A stretch of 63,277 nucleotides of DNA from Saccostrea cucullata (Eukaryota): assembly GCF_032062105.1 (NCBI RefSeq), contig NW_026935147.1, positions 1-63,277 of the forward strand, given 5' to 3'. The notes under the pieces were generated by a model that saw only the letters and a program-made list of their open reading frames with translations, was not told the DNA's origin and made no database searches. Within the stretch, counting starts at the first letter, position 1. Each line of letters begins with the position of its first letter. Shown here piece by piece: positions 48,520 to 61,579 of the stretch. A program made the translations under genes and the position numbers.

Positions 48520-50089
48520 GACGATAAAAACTTCAGACTCCTGTGGTAGAATCCACCCTTATGAAATTATTGACTCAATTTTGACTTAATATCACTTTAT
48601 TAACATTAAAGCACAAAAACAATTCATTGTACAAATATTTTATTTCTTACAGTCACCAATATATCCAAATATCATCACCGGCCCAGACGTCATTCACTCC
48701 TTTGAATTGTGCTGGTAGCAGTAAGGTGTCATCATTTGAGATGGTCACAGTATCCAATACACTGAAGTCACAGGACTCAAATTTCATACATGTTCAAATT
48801 TCATACAGGTAGGTGTATAGTCTTTGAAATTACCACAATTGACTAATTCTGGGACAGGTAAGTATGTAAGTATAGGAATGAGAGCACCAAATCCCCGGAT
48901 GCACACATGGCTTTGTTTGTTATGGAACATTAAACCGAATACTGAATGGGTAGGCGTTACGCCATTGGCTGAAATCAGGTATTTAATTGTTTTCATTTTA
49001 AAGTAAAATTAATGACCTTTGAAATAAATGATGGGATGAGGGAATATTACAGAAACTATAGAAATGCCAGGGAAGATTTTAGGAGTGGGGGTTGATTTTT
49101 TATGCCGCGTGTTCTTTACTGCGAATCTCTAAAAGTTGAAAATAACTGCAATTTTGACCTATAAACGCCATGGGACCATGTATTTTTTTCAGTATTTTTT
49201 GTTAGGGCTTAGAACAAAGTTTGAAATGATGCTAAAGATTTTTCTGAAATTGTCATAGTAAAGTACTGAGAGGGCCTAAGGTTTGTATGGAGTTCTATGG
49301 GAAAATAATTAGTGGTCTTTTCCCTATACAAGATGCTGTCTGATGGCGTAGTGTAGAATGTAGCGTAGAATGTTTTCCAAGTCAGCTTAAATGCAGAGGT
49401 TTGTTTTAAAATTTATCATAATGACTTGCAAAAATTTAATGCAGTTAAATTTATTGTATTCTTGAAAGATTGACTGTAACACAATTTTTTTACACAATTA
49501 CAAATAATCAAATTAATTTGTTTCCAACTTTTTTTCAGGGTCTCTGCCAAAATCTTTTGAGGATTTTTCCTCTGCTAGAGCATTCATGGATGCAATTGAA
49601 ACAATCCAGGACATCCCAACACATATGGATAATCAGGCCATGGCCTACAGTATGTACAAAAGTTGCCATACTTTTAAAGCAGTAACTTGCGTGCCTCCAA
49701 ATGGTGCACTTACATTTTGCTCCATGCTGTACCCAGGTTCTACTTCTGATGTAGCTATTGTACGTCACAGCCAAGTTTTACGAAAGTTCAAAGCTGGAGA
49801 CCTTATTTTGGTGGTCAAAGGTTTCACCATTCATGACCAGTTGCCCCAGGGTGTCTGCTTAATTATAAAAGCTCTTTTATCGACACGAGGCCAGTTTACC
49901 ATACAAGAAGCAGCACTGTGTTACAAGATTGCTAAAGCACTTATTCATGTGGAAAGAGCCGAGAGGATAAAGAATTACGAGATTCTCCGTCACATACCAT
50001 CTACTTACAGACCAATCTCAACAAAAATATTTCAACTCTGTTCTTGTCTTGTAAACTTGCAAGCTCCACTTTTGAAAGAAATTACTTAA
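46165..50089 (+). pseudogene. THAP + IS5/ISL2EU-like DDE transposase remnants
   Basis: RICSCHF (THAP), SEHNY plus coiled coil, [37 protein letters not shown]; the ADKGF-type Asp is mutated (VVKGF). Confidence 0.8.
47564..48545. mobile_element. Foldback MITE, P/Galileo-like
   Basis: ~300-bp TIRs starting CACAGGAGTC; 7-bp TSD GTAGAAT (47557-47563, 48546-48552). Confidence 0.85.
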
Positions 50090-51869
50090 AGATACATGTA
50101 CTTATTATAAAATATGATTTCTTTCGTTTGAGGAACAAATTAGACAGAAATCAATTTCTACTTGGTGTGATAATGAATTACTTTTTCGGAATTGCAAGGT
50201 TTTCATTCGAATACCTGGTGAATATCACGTGGTTCTTTAGAACCGGTCTCGTTAGCAGGGCTATATAAGAGGTGAATAGTGGTTTAAATACCAGTTTAGG
50301 ACGACACGTAGAGCACGATAAAGTTTAACTTTTATCATGATTTATTCAATCCAACATAAACATGTATATATACAAATTGATTTTCATATTTTACATAATT
50401 ATCTTATGTACTCTGTAAAAATAAAGCTGCTGCGTGTCGTTGCTATGTCCAAATGGTGTGTTTGTTGTTTATTGTACTTTCATTTGAAAGTAATGAATGG
50501 ATTTAGAGTAGAATTTGCATTGGCGTGTGACAGTATACACTAAACAGTGAAGATATTCATACCAAAGTGCAAGGGATAAGCAAATTTTGATTTGTTATCA
50601 ATGTCAATGGTTATATTTGTTAACTTTGTAGTATGTTGTAATACATATACTTCAGAAAATGAAAATCCCTTTTGTTAGCATGGATTTATTACAAGAATGT
50701 TTGGCAATTCCATTCTTCATTTGACAATATAATTTGGAAGAGGGTTTACTTATAATTTTAAATCTCTAGTTTAAAGTATATTTACCTTTAAAGCACAACT
50801 CAACAAATTCATGTTTTCAACAATTTATCTATTAAGAAAGACCAAAATGTTACATTTTCACTTTGAGAATAAAATCTTCAATTCATTAATAAAATGATTC
50901 TAAATTTTGATATTCTTTTTTTATGTAGTACATAGATTTTATTAATCATCATTGCTATTTAAAATAGTCTTATAAGCCAGAAGTTTTATGATGGATTGTG
51001 ACATATCATATCATACATTTATGAGACTTAAGAACATTCAACACATTTAACATGATTACCCATTTTCCTTTGTTAGAAAATTCTAGAGGTACAAAACTAA
51101 GTGTCAAGAAGTTCAAACCAGAACTCAGTTTTCCATCAGTGCTGGAATGAAAATGTTAATGTAGAAATCTATCAGTTTTGGAACATTTGCTGTCCATTCA
51201 ATGTCTTTTACTATTCTAATCACAATGCAGTCTACTCTTGTCCACACAATTAAGTCGCAGAATGTTTTGTTACATATGTGTAGCTGGCCTTGAATTTGAT
51301 GATAGTATGGGTGACTGGTTTTCAGGCACAGGGTATCTTGTTTAAGATCTAAAAAAAAATCAAAAAACACTTAAGTTGTGTTATACCAGTACATATCCCC
51401 TCCTTTTTCAATATCTTCATACCATATTGAACAGCTGCACTTGTAAATTAATACATGTTTTGAAATCATTTACTCACCAAGATTTTTAATTTCAAAGTAC
51501 TGGACAATACAGATTTTTAATGTTATTTACCTGTGAAAAATCCTTCAAATTTTGTGCCCCATCTGCTACTGTTGAAGACGATGCTGTATATGGACACTTC
51601 ACCTCTACAATATTAGGAATGGCGTCTTTGGCTTCTGGAGTTTGATAAAATACACTGCATGTTGGTGGTCGAACAACTAAGCCATCAGGTGAAGCTCCCA
51701 ACACTCCGGATTCATGCAACCATATCCTTTTCAGAAAAAATTATAATACTACTGAATGCAAACAAACCATAATACAATTGATTTTGTAATGCAAACAAAG
51801 TCTAAGTAGAGCTTTTATAATCCTTCCACTTCAAAAAGCAAATTTTCTGGAATATGTTGGTAACTGAAT

Positions 51870-52865
51870 ATTTATGCCCCGCCATGAATATGGCCGGGGC
51901 ATATAGTGTTTGTCATGTCTATCTTCCGTCCTTCTGTCCTTCCGTCCCACTTTGTGTTTAGCTCTGTTCAAAGCTAAGTTTCAAAGAAACTATCCAAGAT
52001 ATTTTCATCAAACTTCATATGCTGATAGATATTGATGAGAGCTATGCAACTGCATTAACATTTTTTGACCTTGAACTGACTTTTCTTAAATAGTGTTTAG
52101 CTCAGTTTTAAACATACCATTCAAGATGGTGTTATCAAACTTTACATGTTGATACAAACTTGCATAGATGATGCATCTAGAGATGAACACTACCGGACAT
52201 GCTTCGGATGCTGGATCTGACCTACATTTTCCAGATGAGTGACCAAATTAAAGTTTTTGGAGCAGGTCCATTCTTAAGGAACTATAAGCCCTACTTAGAC
52301 CAAACTTGCTTGGATGATGCATCTAAGGATGGACACTACCAGACTTGCTTCGGATGCTGGATCTGACCTACATTTTCCAGATGAGTGACCAGGTTGAAGT
52401 TTTTGGAGCAGATTTATTCCTAAGGAACTATCAGCCCTACTTAGACCAAACTTGCATGGTCGATGCATCTAGGGATGGACACTACCAGACTTGCTTCGAT
52501 GCTGGATCTGACTTACATTTTCATTCCCAAGTAACTATAAGCCCTACCTAAACCAAACTTGCATGGATGATGCAGCTAGGGATGGACACTACCAGACTTG
52601 CTTCGGATGCTGGATCTGACCTATATTTTCATTCCCAAGTAACTATAAACCCTACCTGAACCAAACTTGCGTGGATGATGCATCTAGGGATGGACACTAC
52701 CAGACTTGCTTTGGATGCTGGACCTACATTTTTATTCCCAACTAACTATAAGCCCTGCCTGAACCAAACTGATCAAATTTTATACATGTACAAATTTCAT
52801 GTTGCTTTACTAATATATCCTCGGCGGGGCATTCATGTCCTATGGACATATTTCTAGTTTTTTTT
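51870..52865 (+). mobile_element. HINE-like Helentron with central tandem repeats
   Basis: TTTATGCCCCCGCC..GGCCGGGGCATA start, GTCC-type microsatellite, repeated GATGCATCTAGGGATGGACACTACCAGAC units, hairpin + CTAGTTTT end. Confidence 0.75.
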
Positions 52866-53197
52866 TACAATTAGACTTCAGTAATTGATTTCTGTTTGTC
52901 ACCAGGATAAGTCCTGCTATTTGTTTTGACACATTGAATGTTAACATGTCAGAGGTTGAATGAATGTTATTTTGTGCTGTATACCTGACTGCTCTACAGC
53001 TGCATCTAAGTCCTTTTCATACTTTCTCAAAGCATCATCTTCATGAGTGATACCCCATGCAACAGCCTTGATGGACTCCAGATTGTAAGCCGACATCAGC
53101 TGTTTCTTCAGTGACAATGTCAATCTGGAGAAGAAAATATGATTTTTGGTTATTAATCTTATATTTCCTGCATCTTTATGTACAAATATCTAGTCAT

Positions 53198-53395
53198 TAC
53201 AGTCGAACCTCATTATCTCAAACTCAATGAGACCAAGAAAAATGTTGGAAATATCCGTGGATTCAAGAATAACACATAAAGAGTTATCAAGAATAAAATG
53301 TCCCAGTCTTTTATAAATGGTTTGGACTTCAAAATTACTGTGACATATCCATGAAATATGAGATAATGGGTTTGAGATAACAAAGTTTGACTGTA
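53198..53395. mobile_element. Tc1/mariner-type MITE
   Basis: TA-CAGTCGAACCTC..TATCTCAAAC ... GTTTGAGATAAC..GTTTGACTG-TA. Confidence 0.7.
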
Positions 53396-54500
53396 ATTTT
53401 AAAAGTCTTTTTCGCAAAAATTTAATCACACGTCTTACCGCCTTTGCTTAGAACTGAGAACTGCACCAAAGTTGGAAGCTGATATGCTATATTTCCTTAC
53501 AATCGACCACATTGGGTTGTTTCGTTGCCAATGCAGCTCTTTTAATGGATTCAGGGATAATGCATGCTGTAACCATACCATAGGGGTATCAGAATGAACA
53601 TACTCTGGTGATGTTAACAGGTCTTCAATGAGAGGTACAGGTGGACCAGGTTCACATGGCTCTGGTTCAAGAATCCAATTCAATGCTGAAAAATTTCATT
53701 ACTTGTGTCATTCTCAAAAATATCATCCATAATATCCATATCACATATACCAAGTATTTATATAAGAGTCCATACATTTCATTTTAGTGAACACTGTCAT
53801 GGGTTTTTGTAATGTATGCATTACATATCAAATTTACAACTCACTTGCATATATTTGTTCAGAATTGTTCCTGTATATAATTTTGCACGTGGCATTCTTA
53901 GTGTGAAAATGCCATGTAAAAATTGGTGCAAATGTACAATTAATATTTACTTAATTATTAACAAGGTTTCATAATGACAGAGTATTTAAATAATAGAAGA
54001 ATGATCTGATAATTCACAAGAATATGAAACAAAATATTTTTTTTAATGCAATTGAATAATTTATTTTTCCTTTCAAAAATGTATGCTCATGTACAAAAAT
54101 GCTATCATATTTATAATATTGTCTTTCCAATTATTCAAAGGTTGTTATTAATATTTATTACATAATATGTTCAAAAATTGGGCAATATACATAGCCAACT
54201 ATATTATACTCCTCATCTTTGTACATTTGTTCACAATTAAAATTAACCATCGTTCAGTAACAAAATAACAGTTTCATAATACTCGTAATATAAAAATCAA
54301 ATCAAACTTAAATAACAACAATAGTGACACCAAAATCATAACTTCCTTCTTATATTTTACCAATAAACCTTCCAAGGTGCAAAAAACACTGGTCACTTTC
54401 ATCAAAGGGTCGGTTTAAAGCACTTCAAATATGAAGCAAATTTTTTAACAACTGATTTATTTATATTTAATGATTGATCATTTTAAAAAAAAAACAAAAA

Positions 54501-54504
<4 letters not shown>

Positions 54505-54539
<35 letters not shown>

Positions 54540-55191
54540 CACTGTGGCTAGGAAAAAGTAAAAATTGGTTTTTTATTGAAAAGTTTAAATCCAAAAGTAG
54601 TCCCTTGACCAATCATGGCTTTGCTTTTCTTGAGAAGGTTATTTTTAAAGAATTTTCCTATATATTTCTATATAAAATTTGATTATCCTTTGTGGCCCCG
54701 TCCTACCCCCGGGGAACATGATTTGAACAAACTTGAATCTACACTACCTAAGGATGCTTCCATATAAATATGATCAATCAGGGTTTTGCTGTTCTTGAGA
54801 AGAAGATTTTTAAAGATTTTTCCTTTATATTTCTATGTAAAACTTTGATCTTCCACTGCAGCCCCGCCCTACCCCGGGGGTTATGATTTGAACAAACTTG
54901 AATTGACACTACCTGAGGATGCTTCCATATAAATAGGATCAATTATGGCTTTGTCATTCTTGAGAAGAAGATTTTTAAAGAATTTTCCTATATATTTTTA
55001 TGTTAAACTTTGGTCAGCCATTGTGGCTCCGCCCTACCCCGGGGGTCATGATTTGAACAAATTTAAATCTACACTACCTGAGGATGTTTCTCCATAAGTT
55101 TCATTTTTCCTGGCACAGTGGTTCTTGAAAACAAGATTTTTAAAACATACCATCAAATTTTCATTAATTCCCAATTATCTCCCCTTGAATG

Positions 55192-55249
<58 letters not shown>

Positions 55250-55380
55250 GCAAGTTTGGTTGAAATTGGTCCATGGGTTCTAGAGAAGAAGTCGAAAATA
55301 TGAAAAGTTTACAGACAGACAGATGGACAGACAGACAGACAAACAGCTAGATAGACAAAATGTGATCAGAAAAGAGCTAG
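54505..55380 (-). mobile_element. HINE-like Helentron with ~167-bp (Cg170-like) satellite units
   Basis: AAACAAGAGGCCCATGGGCCACATCGCTCACCTGAG end, ~3.5 units with GATTTGAACAAACTTGAAT..ACACTACCTGAGGATGC, (GACA)n microsatellite. Confidence 0.8.
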
Positions 55381-57403
55381 AAATGAAACATTCCTCACCA
55401 CAAAAGCCAGAAGAATATAGGGACCACCACCAGTAACATGTTTCTGGGAAGAACCAAGCCATGCAGAGATAAATATCAATAGTCCTGAATCTTCGATGCA
55501 GGACCAAGTACGAGAATTGCTACAAACACTACTCCGGAGACTTACCTATTATCCTATGATGTAACGTACTTTGTCCACTGCAGCTGGTTCCCTCATAAGC
55601 TGGTAGCGAGGACAGTTCAGGATGTCCTGTCAACTTTATTCCTCAACTTCCTGTCTTGGACTGAAAAGCAATAAGTGGAAATCTTTAGTGTTGCCTAGTG
55701 ACTTTGAATTAAAAAGAAAGTTTTTAGATTGTGAAGGGGGGGGGGGGGGTACTGATGTTGTGCATTTTAATTAAATGTACGAAATCTGTATTTCACAGTT
55801 TAATGCATTCATGTATTTTGTGAATTGTCTTAGGATTCATGTAATAATTGTTGCTATGTATTATTAAGCACTAAATCTATTCAACTGCATGTGTAAATGG
55901 GGAAAATGTGGATATGTAAATGATGTATAATTGCAATGTGTAAAATGTGACATTTTCTTATATGAGGGAGTCTGTTCATGTCATTTTTTTTTCATTAATT
56001 ATTTTATTTATCTTGATAAAATTATTTCAATTAACAATATTGTTTTTCTTACTAGTCTGATGAACTCAACAAAGGTTACAGAGGTGAATGGTAGAAATAT
56101 GGGTATTACAGGTGTCAAAACTCTTCGTTGATGACAGACTGCATGCCGCACTGTAAAATCACCATTTTGGATCTTTAAAAGGGGAGGCTACTCCTGAAAT
56201 CAAAGAAATTGTCATAAAAATGAGTAACCTGATTTTCTTTAGGTCTCACACAAGGAAATAATTTCACTATATGTTACTATATAGCTTTAATTAAATAAAT
56301 TAATTAACTAGACTCTCAGCAGATAATTCATGAATGAGAAAAAAGATTAATGCTTAGACAAAATTTGAGATCAGAAAAAATATACCCCTTATGCAGCTTT
56401 TAAGAAAGAAAATTGAGACTAAACATACCTATACCCCGAAATACACATGGGCAAACAGCCAACACACCATCAAGGAAGTTACATCGATCATGCGTACCTA
56501 AAAAAAAAAGAGTTCCCTTTGATTCAGTGGCACAATTCTGCTGATATGATATTCCTAGTGCATGAGTCCAACATTAAAACTGTAGACCTACGTAAAGTTC
56601 CTGAAAATGAAAAAAGAAAAGAAATATTATTGTCTCTATATACATCATACATAGAACTACATTTGTTCATTTTAATTAGCTATCTCCTTGCATAAGACCT
56701 TTAAGGGGTAATTTTATGATATTTACCATGTGCACTGATTGCCATAAAACTAAAGAAAAAATACTAGCCTTACAAAGTCACTTAACTATGACCTTTGACA
56801 TACCTTACTAAGAATACCCTGGACAATTTGGTTTAACTTAAGACTTCTGAATTTTTAAATGCAGGTTTTGATAAATTAACCATTTAATATACTTATGAGC
56901 TCATAAAACTGTCCTTTAAAACTGTATGATAAAGAGTGTAAAAACTTTGAAACATGTTTGGAAAGTATTATCACACATGTGATATGGGATAAATTATCAC
57001 CACAGAAAGATCAAAGAAAATCACTGCAGATATGCGACAATAATTCTTATCATTGTTTATTGTATGTCAAGTCTAGAATATGATATATCATTACAAATAT
57101 TATGATTTTTAGCCGGGCACATTGCTCGTAGAGCAATGCTCAGCTATAGCGACGGTGAGCAACAGAAAATGCTGCTTCTTCACCGCCAAATTGAGTTTAC
57201 GAGTAAAAGTATGGTACGTGACCAGCCGCTGTTGAGAAAACAAAATCACCTTAAGAAATAGTAAATTGAATATTTTTATCATAATATTAAATTGTTTAAT
57301 ATTTTTTCCTGGCTCCTTTGACTAATATTTTACAAAGTAATTCAACGGGTGCGAAAGGTTTTCACCAGGTATCCCTGTCTGCATCATATTCTATAAACAA
57401 TAT

Positions 57404-57655
57404 AATTAAAATTAGATGTTAGATCGGCTCGCATACTCAACACACTAACATCTAACAAGTCATCCCATTGAGGGTCACGTAAGAGGTTAAATTCGGAACG
57501 CCTCAAGATTTATTTGCTTCAACAATATATGATGATTTTGCCAGCTGCGATTTGATTAATTGATAGAATTTGACCTCTGACGTGACCCTCAACGGGATGT
57601 TGTTAGATGTTAGTGTAGCGAGTATGCAAGCGGATCTAACATCTAATTTGAATTA
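57404..57655. mobile_element. Palindromic MITE with ~85-bp imperfect TIRs
   Basis: AATTAGATGTTAGATC..GAGGGTCACGT mirrored by ACGTGACCCTC..GATCTAACATCTAATT. Confidence 0.7.
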
Positions 57656-58644
57656 GATTGATTCTATAAATAAAGGTTGTACTATCAGGCTAACACAAAT
57701 GCAGGGAACATCATTAATGACTTGATGCAAATCTCACCGCTGAGGACACATCAGTGCAGAGACGTTTGACCTTAATCTTGCTGCATCGGTGTTTATTTAC
57801 TTCTGTTTGTATATAAAACCGGATTACCCCAAAACGATACGTGATAAATATTTTTCGCTGTTAATTTCTAGCTATATTTTATTTTATTTTTAAAACTATT
57901 TAATATTATACATGCCATTGAGATATTTTTGTGTGTATTACATATTCTCTAAACGTCTGAACGTGATTTTAAACTGTCACCACAGTCCTTGTTCATTATC
58001 CTGTAAATGAGCCCGGCTCAATACATTTACTATAAAAATAATTGGACAAATTTGTGAATGACAATATTCAATGATGCATAGCAATTAATCTTTTCCTGAC
58101 ATTCACCTTCTCCTAAAAATTTGTCGTGTTATTTATTTATTTATTGCAAAGTCGTCCCTGGACTAGTGCTACGGTCAATGCAGCTGCAATGGGCCATGCA
58201 ATTTCGAACCCTGCGTGGTGAGAGTTTGTCCCGAGACACAGTTAGATTATTCTAACTAGCACCAATATAGAATAAATCATACCGATTAATCAACATCACT
58301 ACAATATGAGGACGTAAAAATAGGATAAAACATCCTTTAGTCCAGCAATAACTGAATAAGCCACTAAATTGTTTTTGATGTACCTTCAAACAAATCAAAT
58401 TAATGTTCTTGATTCCCACTTTTCACGTTATGACTGACTTAGTGCTTCTTGATACCAAAACAATTTTTCTATTACCTATAATTTTGACTTTAGGTTGAAT
58501 TCGCCAATTTCATGCTTGCGAAGTTGTGTCAATGTGTGCATTACGACCGCTCCGGCTACTTTCGTTATTTCTAACCAATGAAAATTGTCCTTACTTTTCT
58601 GTTGCGTCATGCAATTTTATTGCACGCATCACTGAATTGTAGAA

Positions 58645-59465
58645 CACACATCACAAGATTTCGAATATACATCACAAGATTATCGAACATACATCACAAG
58701 ATTTCGAATATACATCACAAGATTTCGAACATACATCACAAGATTATAGAATATACATCACAAGATTTCGAATATACATCACAAGATATTGAATATACAT
58801 CACAAGATTTCGAATATACATCACAAGATTATCGAACATACATCACAAGATTTCGAATATACATCACAAGATTTCGAACATACATCACAAGATTATAGAA
58901 TATACATCACAAGATTTCGAATATACATCACAAGATATTGAATATACATCACAAGATTTTGAACATACATCACAAGATATTGAATATACATCACAAGATT
59001 TCGAATATACATCACAAGATTTCGAACATACATCACAAGATTATAGAATATACATCACAAGATTTCGAATATACATCACAAGATATTGAATATACATCAC
59101 AAGATTTTGAACATACATCACAAGATATTGAATATACATCACAAGATTATAGAATATACATCACAAGATTTCGAACATACATCACAAGATTATAGAATAT
59201 ACATCACAAGTTTTAGAATATACATCACAAGATATTGAATATACATCACAAGATTTTGAACATACATCACAAGATTTTGAATATACATCACAAGATTTCG
59301 AACATACATCACAAGATTTTGAATATACATCACAAGATTTTGAATATACATCACAAGATTTCGAACATACATCACAAGATTTTGAATATACATCACAAGA
59401 TTTTGAATATACATCACAAGATTTCGAACATACATCACAAGATTTTGAATATACATCACAAGATA
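58645..59465 (-). repeat. 21/22-bp satellite in right TIR (~39 units)
   Basis: Mirror image of 44914-45525 with extra units. Confidence 0.97.
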
Positions 59466-59598
59466 ATCAAATATTGCAACGTTTGACATGCCATAATAGT
59501 CCCTATCGAGCCCAAAAGCAATTAAAAGCCCAAGAAGAAGAAGAAGCCAATAAGAAATTAGAACAAATCGAGGAAAATTGGCTATCATTGCCTAAGAA

Positions 59599-60702
59599 AT
59601 GAAGAAGAAGAAGAAGAAGAAGGGAGTAGAAGACATTTTAACAGAGATTTATTACGATCCCAAGAGAGGGTATGGAGGCATACAGACTTTGTATCGTCAG
59701 GTCAAAAGTCTGGGACATAAGATTTCTTTGAACACCATACGAGAATGGTTAAAAGAGCAAGATACCTATACCTTACATAAACCCATTCATAGAAAATTCC
59801 GGAGACAACAGACCAGAGTGACGGATATAGACGAACAATGGCAATTAGATTTAGCGGATGTGTCCAGTTTAAAGAAACATAATGACGGTTATACGTTTTT
59901 ATTGTGTGCCATTGACGTCTTATCTAAATATGCATGGGTGGTGCCTTTAAAACAGAAAACGGGGAAAGAAATGATTCGCGGATTACAAGAGATTTTCCGA
60001 CAAGACGATCGACGTCCCGTCCGCATTCAATCGGATCAAGGCAAAGAATTTACCAATCGAGAATTCTTACAGGCGTTTAAATCCATTCATTTCTTTACCA
60101 CTCGCAATACGGACACTAAAGCCAGTATCGTGGAACGATTTCAGAGAACCCTCAAAGCACGCATGTGGCGATATTTCACTCGGAATAAAACCAGACGGTA
60201 TTTAGAGATCTTACCGGATTTAGTGTATGCTTACAATCATACCTATCATCGCAGTATCTAAAGAACCCCAGCTCAAGTGAAGCCCTCGAATGTGTTAAAA
60301 GTCTGGAAAACTTTATATGGGGAAGAATCATCACCTAAACCAAACCCCCCCAAGTTTAAAACAGGAGATAAAGTGCGCATCAGTAAAGCTAAACGCACTT
60401 TTGAAAAAGGATATTTACCGAACTGGACCACGGAAATATTTACCATTGCTCAACGAGTCCCCGGTCGGTATCCTTACGTGTATCGAGTACAAGATTATAA
60501 CCAGGAGGAATTAGAAGGGACTTTTTACGAGAAAGAATTACAACAGATCATTAAAAAAGACGACGTGTACGAAGTGGAGGAAATCTTAGGGTATAAAAAG
60601 CGACGAGTCGGGAAGAAAATCATTCAAGAAGTCAAAGTCCGGTGGAAAGGATATCCCCCTAGTTTCGATTCATGGATTCCCCAAACGGATCTCATCAAAT
60701 AA
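59599..60702 (+). pseudogene. Polinton rve integrase with C-terminal chromodomain; in-frame TAA at 60259-60261
   Basis: WQLDLAD, IDVLSKY, QSDQGKEF, VERFQRTLK, YNHTYHRSI; YEVEEIL...VRWKGY...DSWI; both ORFs in the same frame. Confidence 0.93.
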
Positions 60703-60935
60703 CACCTCATTGGAAATGTTGTGGAGAGAATATTCCTCGAGAAGAAATTGTGTATTTTGCCCAATTATTCATTTGTATTTCCCTCATCATCACCAGTGTG
60801 GTCATGTTAGCTTTACACGATTCTAATCGAGAATATTGGATGGTCTGTGTGAGTTCTTCGGTCGGTTACATCATGCCTAGTCCTACCATGATACATCATA
60901 CCCCTAGGGTCAAGAAGACCAATTCACCCAGTTAA
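60672..60935 (+). CDS. Small two-TM Polinton membrane protein
   Basis: WKCCG...VYFAQL..hydrophobic..W...SSSVGYIMPSP. Confidence 0.7.
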   Translation: MDSPNGSHQITPHWKCCGENIPREEIVYFAQLFICISLIITSVVMLALHDSNREYWMVCVSSSVGYIMPSPTMIHHTPRVKKTNSPS

Positions 60936-61030
60936 TCCCAGAATCTAAAAATAGATACACCCTATAAAAAGGAGACACCATAACCCTAAGAGGATCATTT
61001 CTGATCTGAGTGAGGGACAGAGCACACATC

Positions 61031-61498
61031 ATGGATTTTTTAAGCTCAGAGTATCGTTGGAAAATAGTAGAACCTGAAGGGACTAGTCACAAAGGAGAAT
61101 GGATGAAAAACAAAGAGACATGTATTCAAGATTTCTTTGATAAGAATCCAGGACAAACAGGTCTCAATGAAATCTACCTGTATAAGAGATTCAAGTTACC
61201 GCACCGCCAAAGAAGCAAACATATGCTCTTAATATGACCCACATCACCTAAATATGGAGAATTTAAATGGAAAGTCAATTACGTCTTGGCTCACCGAACA
61301 CAGGGACCCGAGAAGACTTGGATTCATGGGAAATGGGTGAAAAAAGCCGGAGATTGTATAAAAGACTATTTGGAAGAAGTGGTCGTAAAAGGATACGATA
61401 TCATGGACTGTGCTTGTGAAACAGACTATTTGTACATGAGGAGACCTTTTCCCATACAAAAAGAACTGAACAGAAGTTTTGAATGTTTGTTATTATAA
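61031..61498 (+). CDS. Orphan two-domain Polinton protein, paralog B; in-frame TGA at 61235-61237
   Basis: ORFs 61010-61237 and 61286-61498 are in the same frame; YRWKI..GEWMK..CIQDF..YLYKR and FKWKV..GKWVK..CIKDY..YLYMR; TATA at 60963. Confidence 0.7.
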
Positions 61499-61579
61499 TG
61501 ATGTTCTTGTTATGAATCAATAAAATAAAAAAGAAAAAAACCCAAAAATTCTAGTGTTGTTATTTTTTCCTATATACAT

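Larger units (their letters stand above)
51125..53686 (-). pseudogene. YqaJ (lambda-exonuclease-like) gene remnants, multi-exon
   Basis: QRNNPMW...ISASNFG; AVAWGITHE..A; LGASPDG...EVKCPY; HPYYHQIQGQL...CDLIVWT. Confidence 0.85.
44884..59495. mobile_element. 14.6-kb TIR DNA transposon; TATGG..CCATA ends, 6-bp TSD ATAGTC, THAP-DDE and YqaJ remnants
   Basis: TIRs ~44884-45618 and ~58549-59495; TSD at 44878-44883 and 59496-59501. Confidence 0.88.
44099..59602 (+). pseudogene. Polinton hypothetical protein, frameshifted near 44515 and split by the 44884-59495 insertion
   Basis: MSRKMVLVP...W...GEI...G..VPDSNIVD; removing the insert and one ATAGTC restores PKYSPYRAQKQ...ENWLSLPKK-stop. Confidence 0.75.

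Noticed and set aside
44885-59494. AT TSD with GGC..GCC ends (canonical ISL2EU reading)
   Set aside because: The inverted repeat extends to TAT/ATA, ATAGTC is duplicated, and only the 6-bp model restores the interrupted ORF
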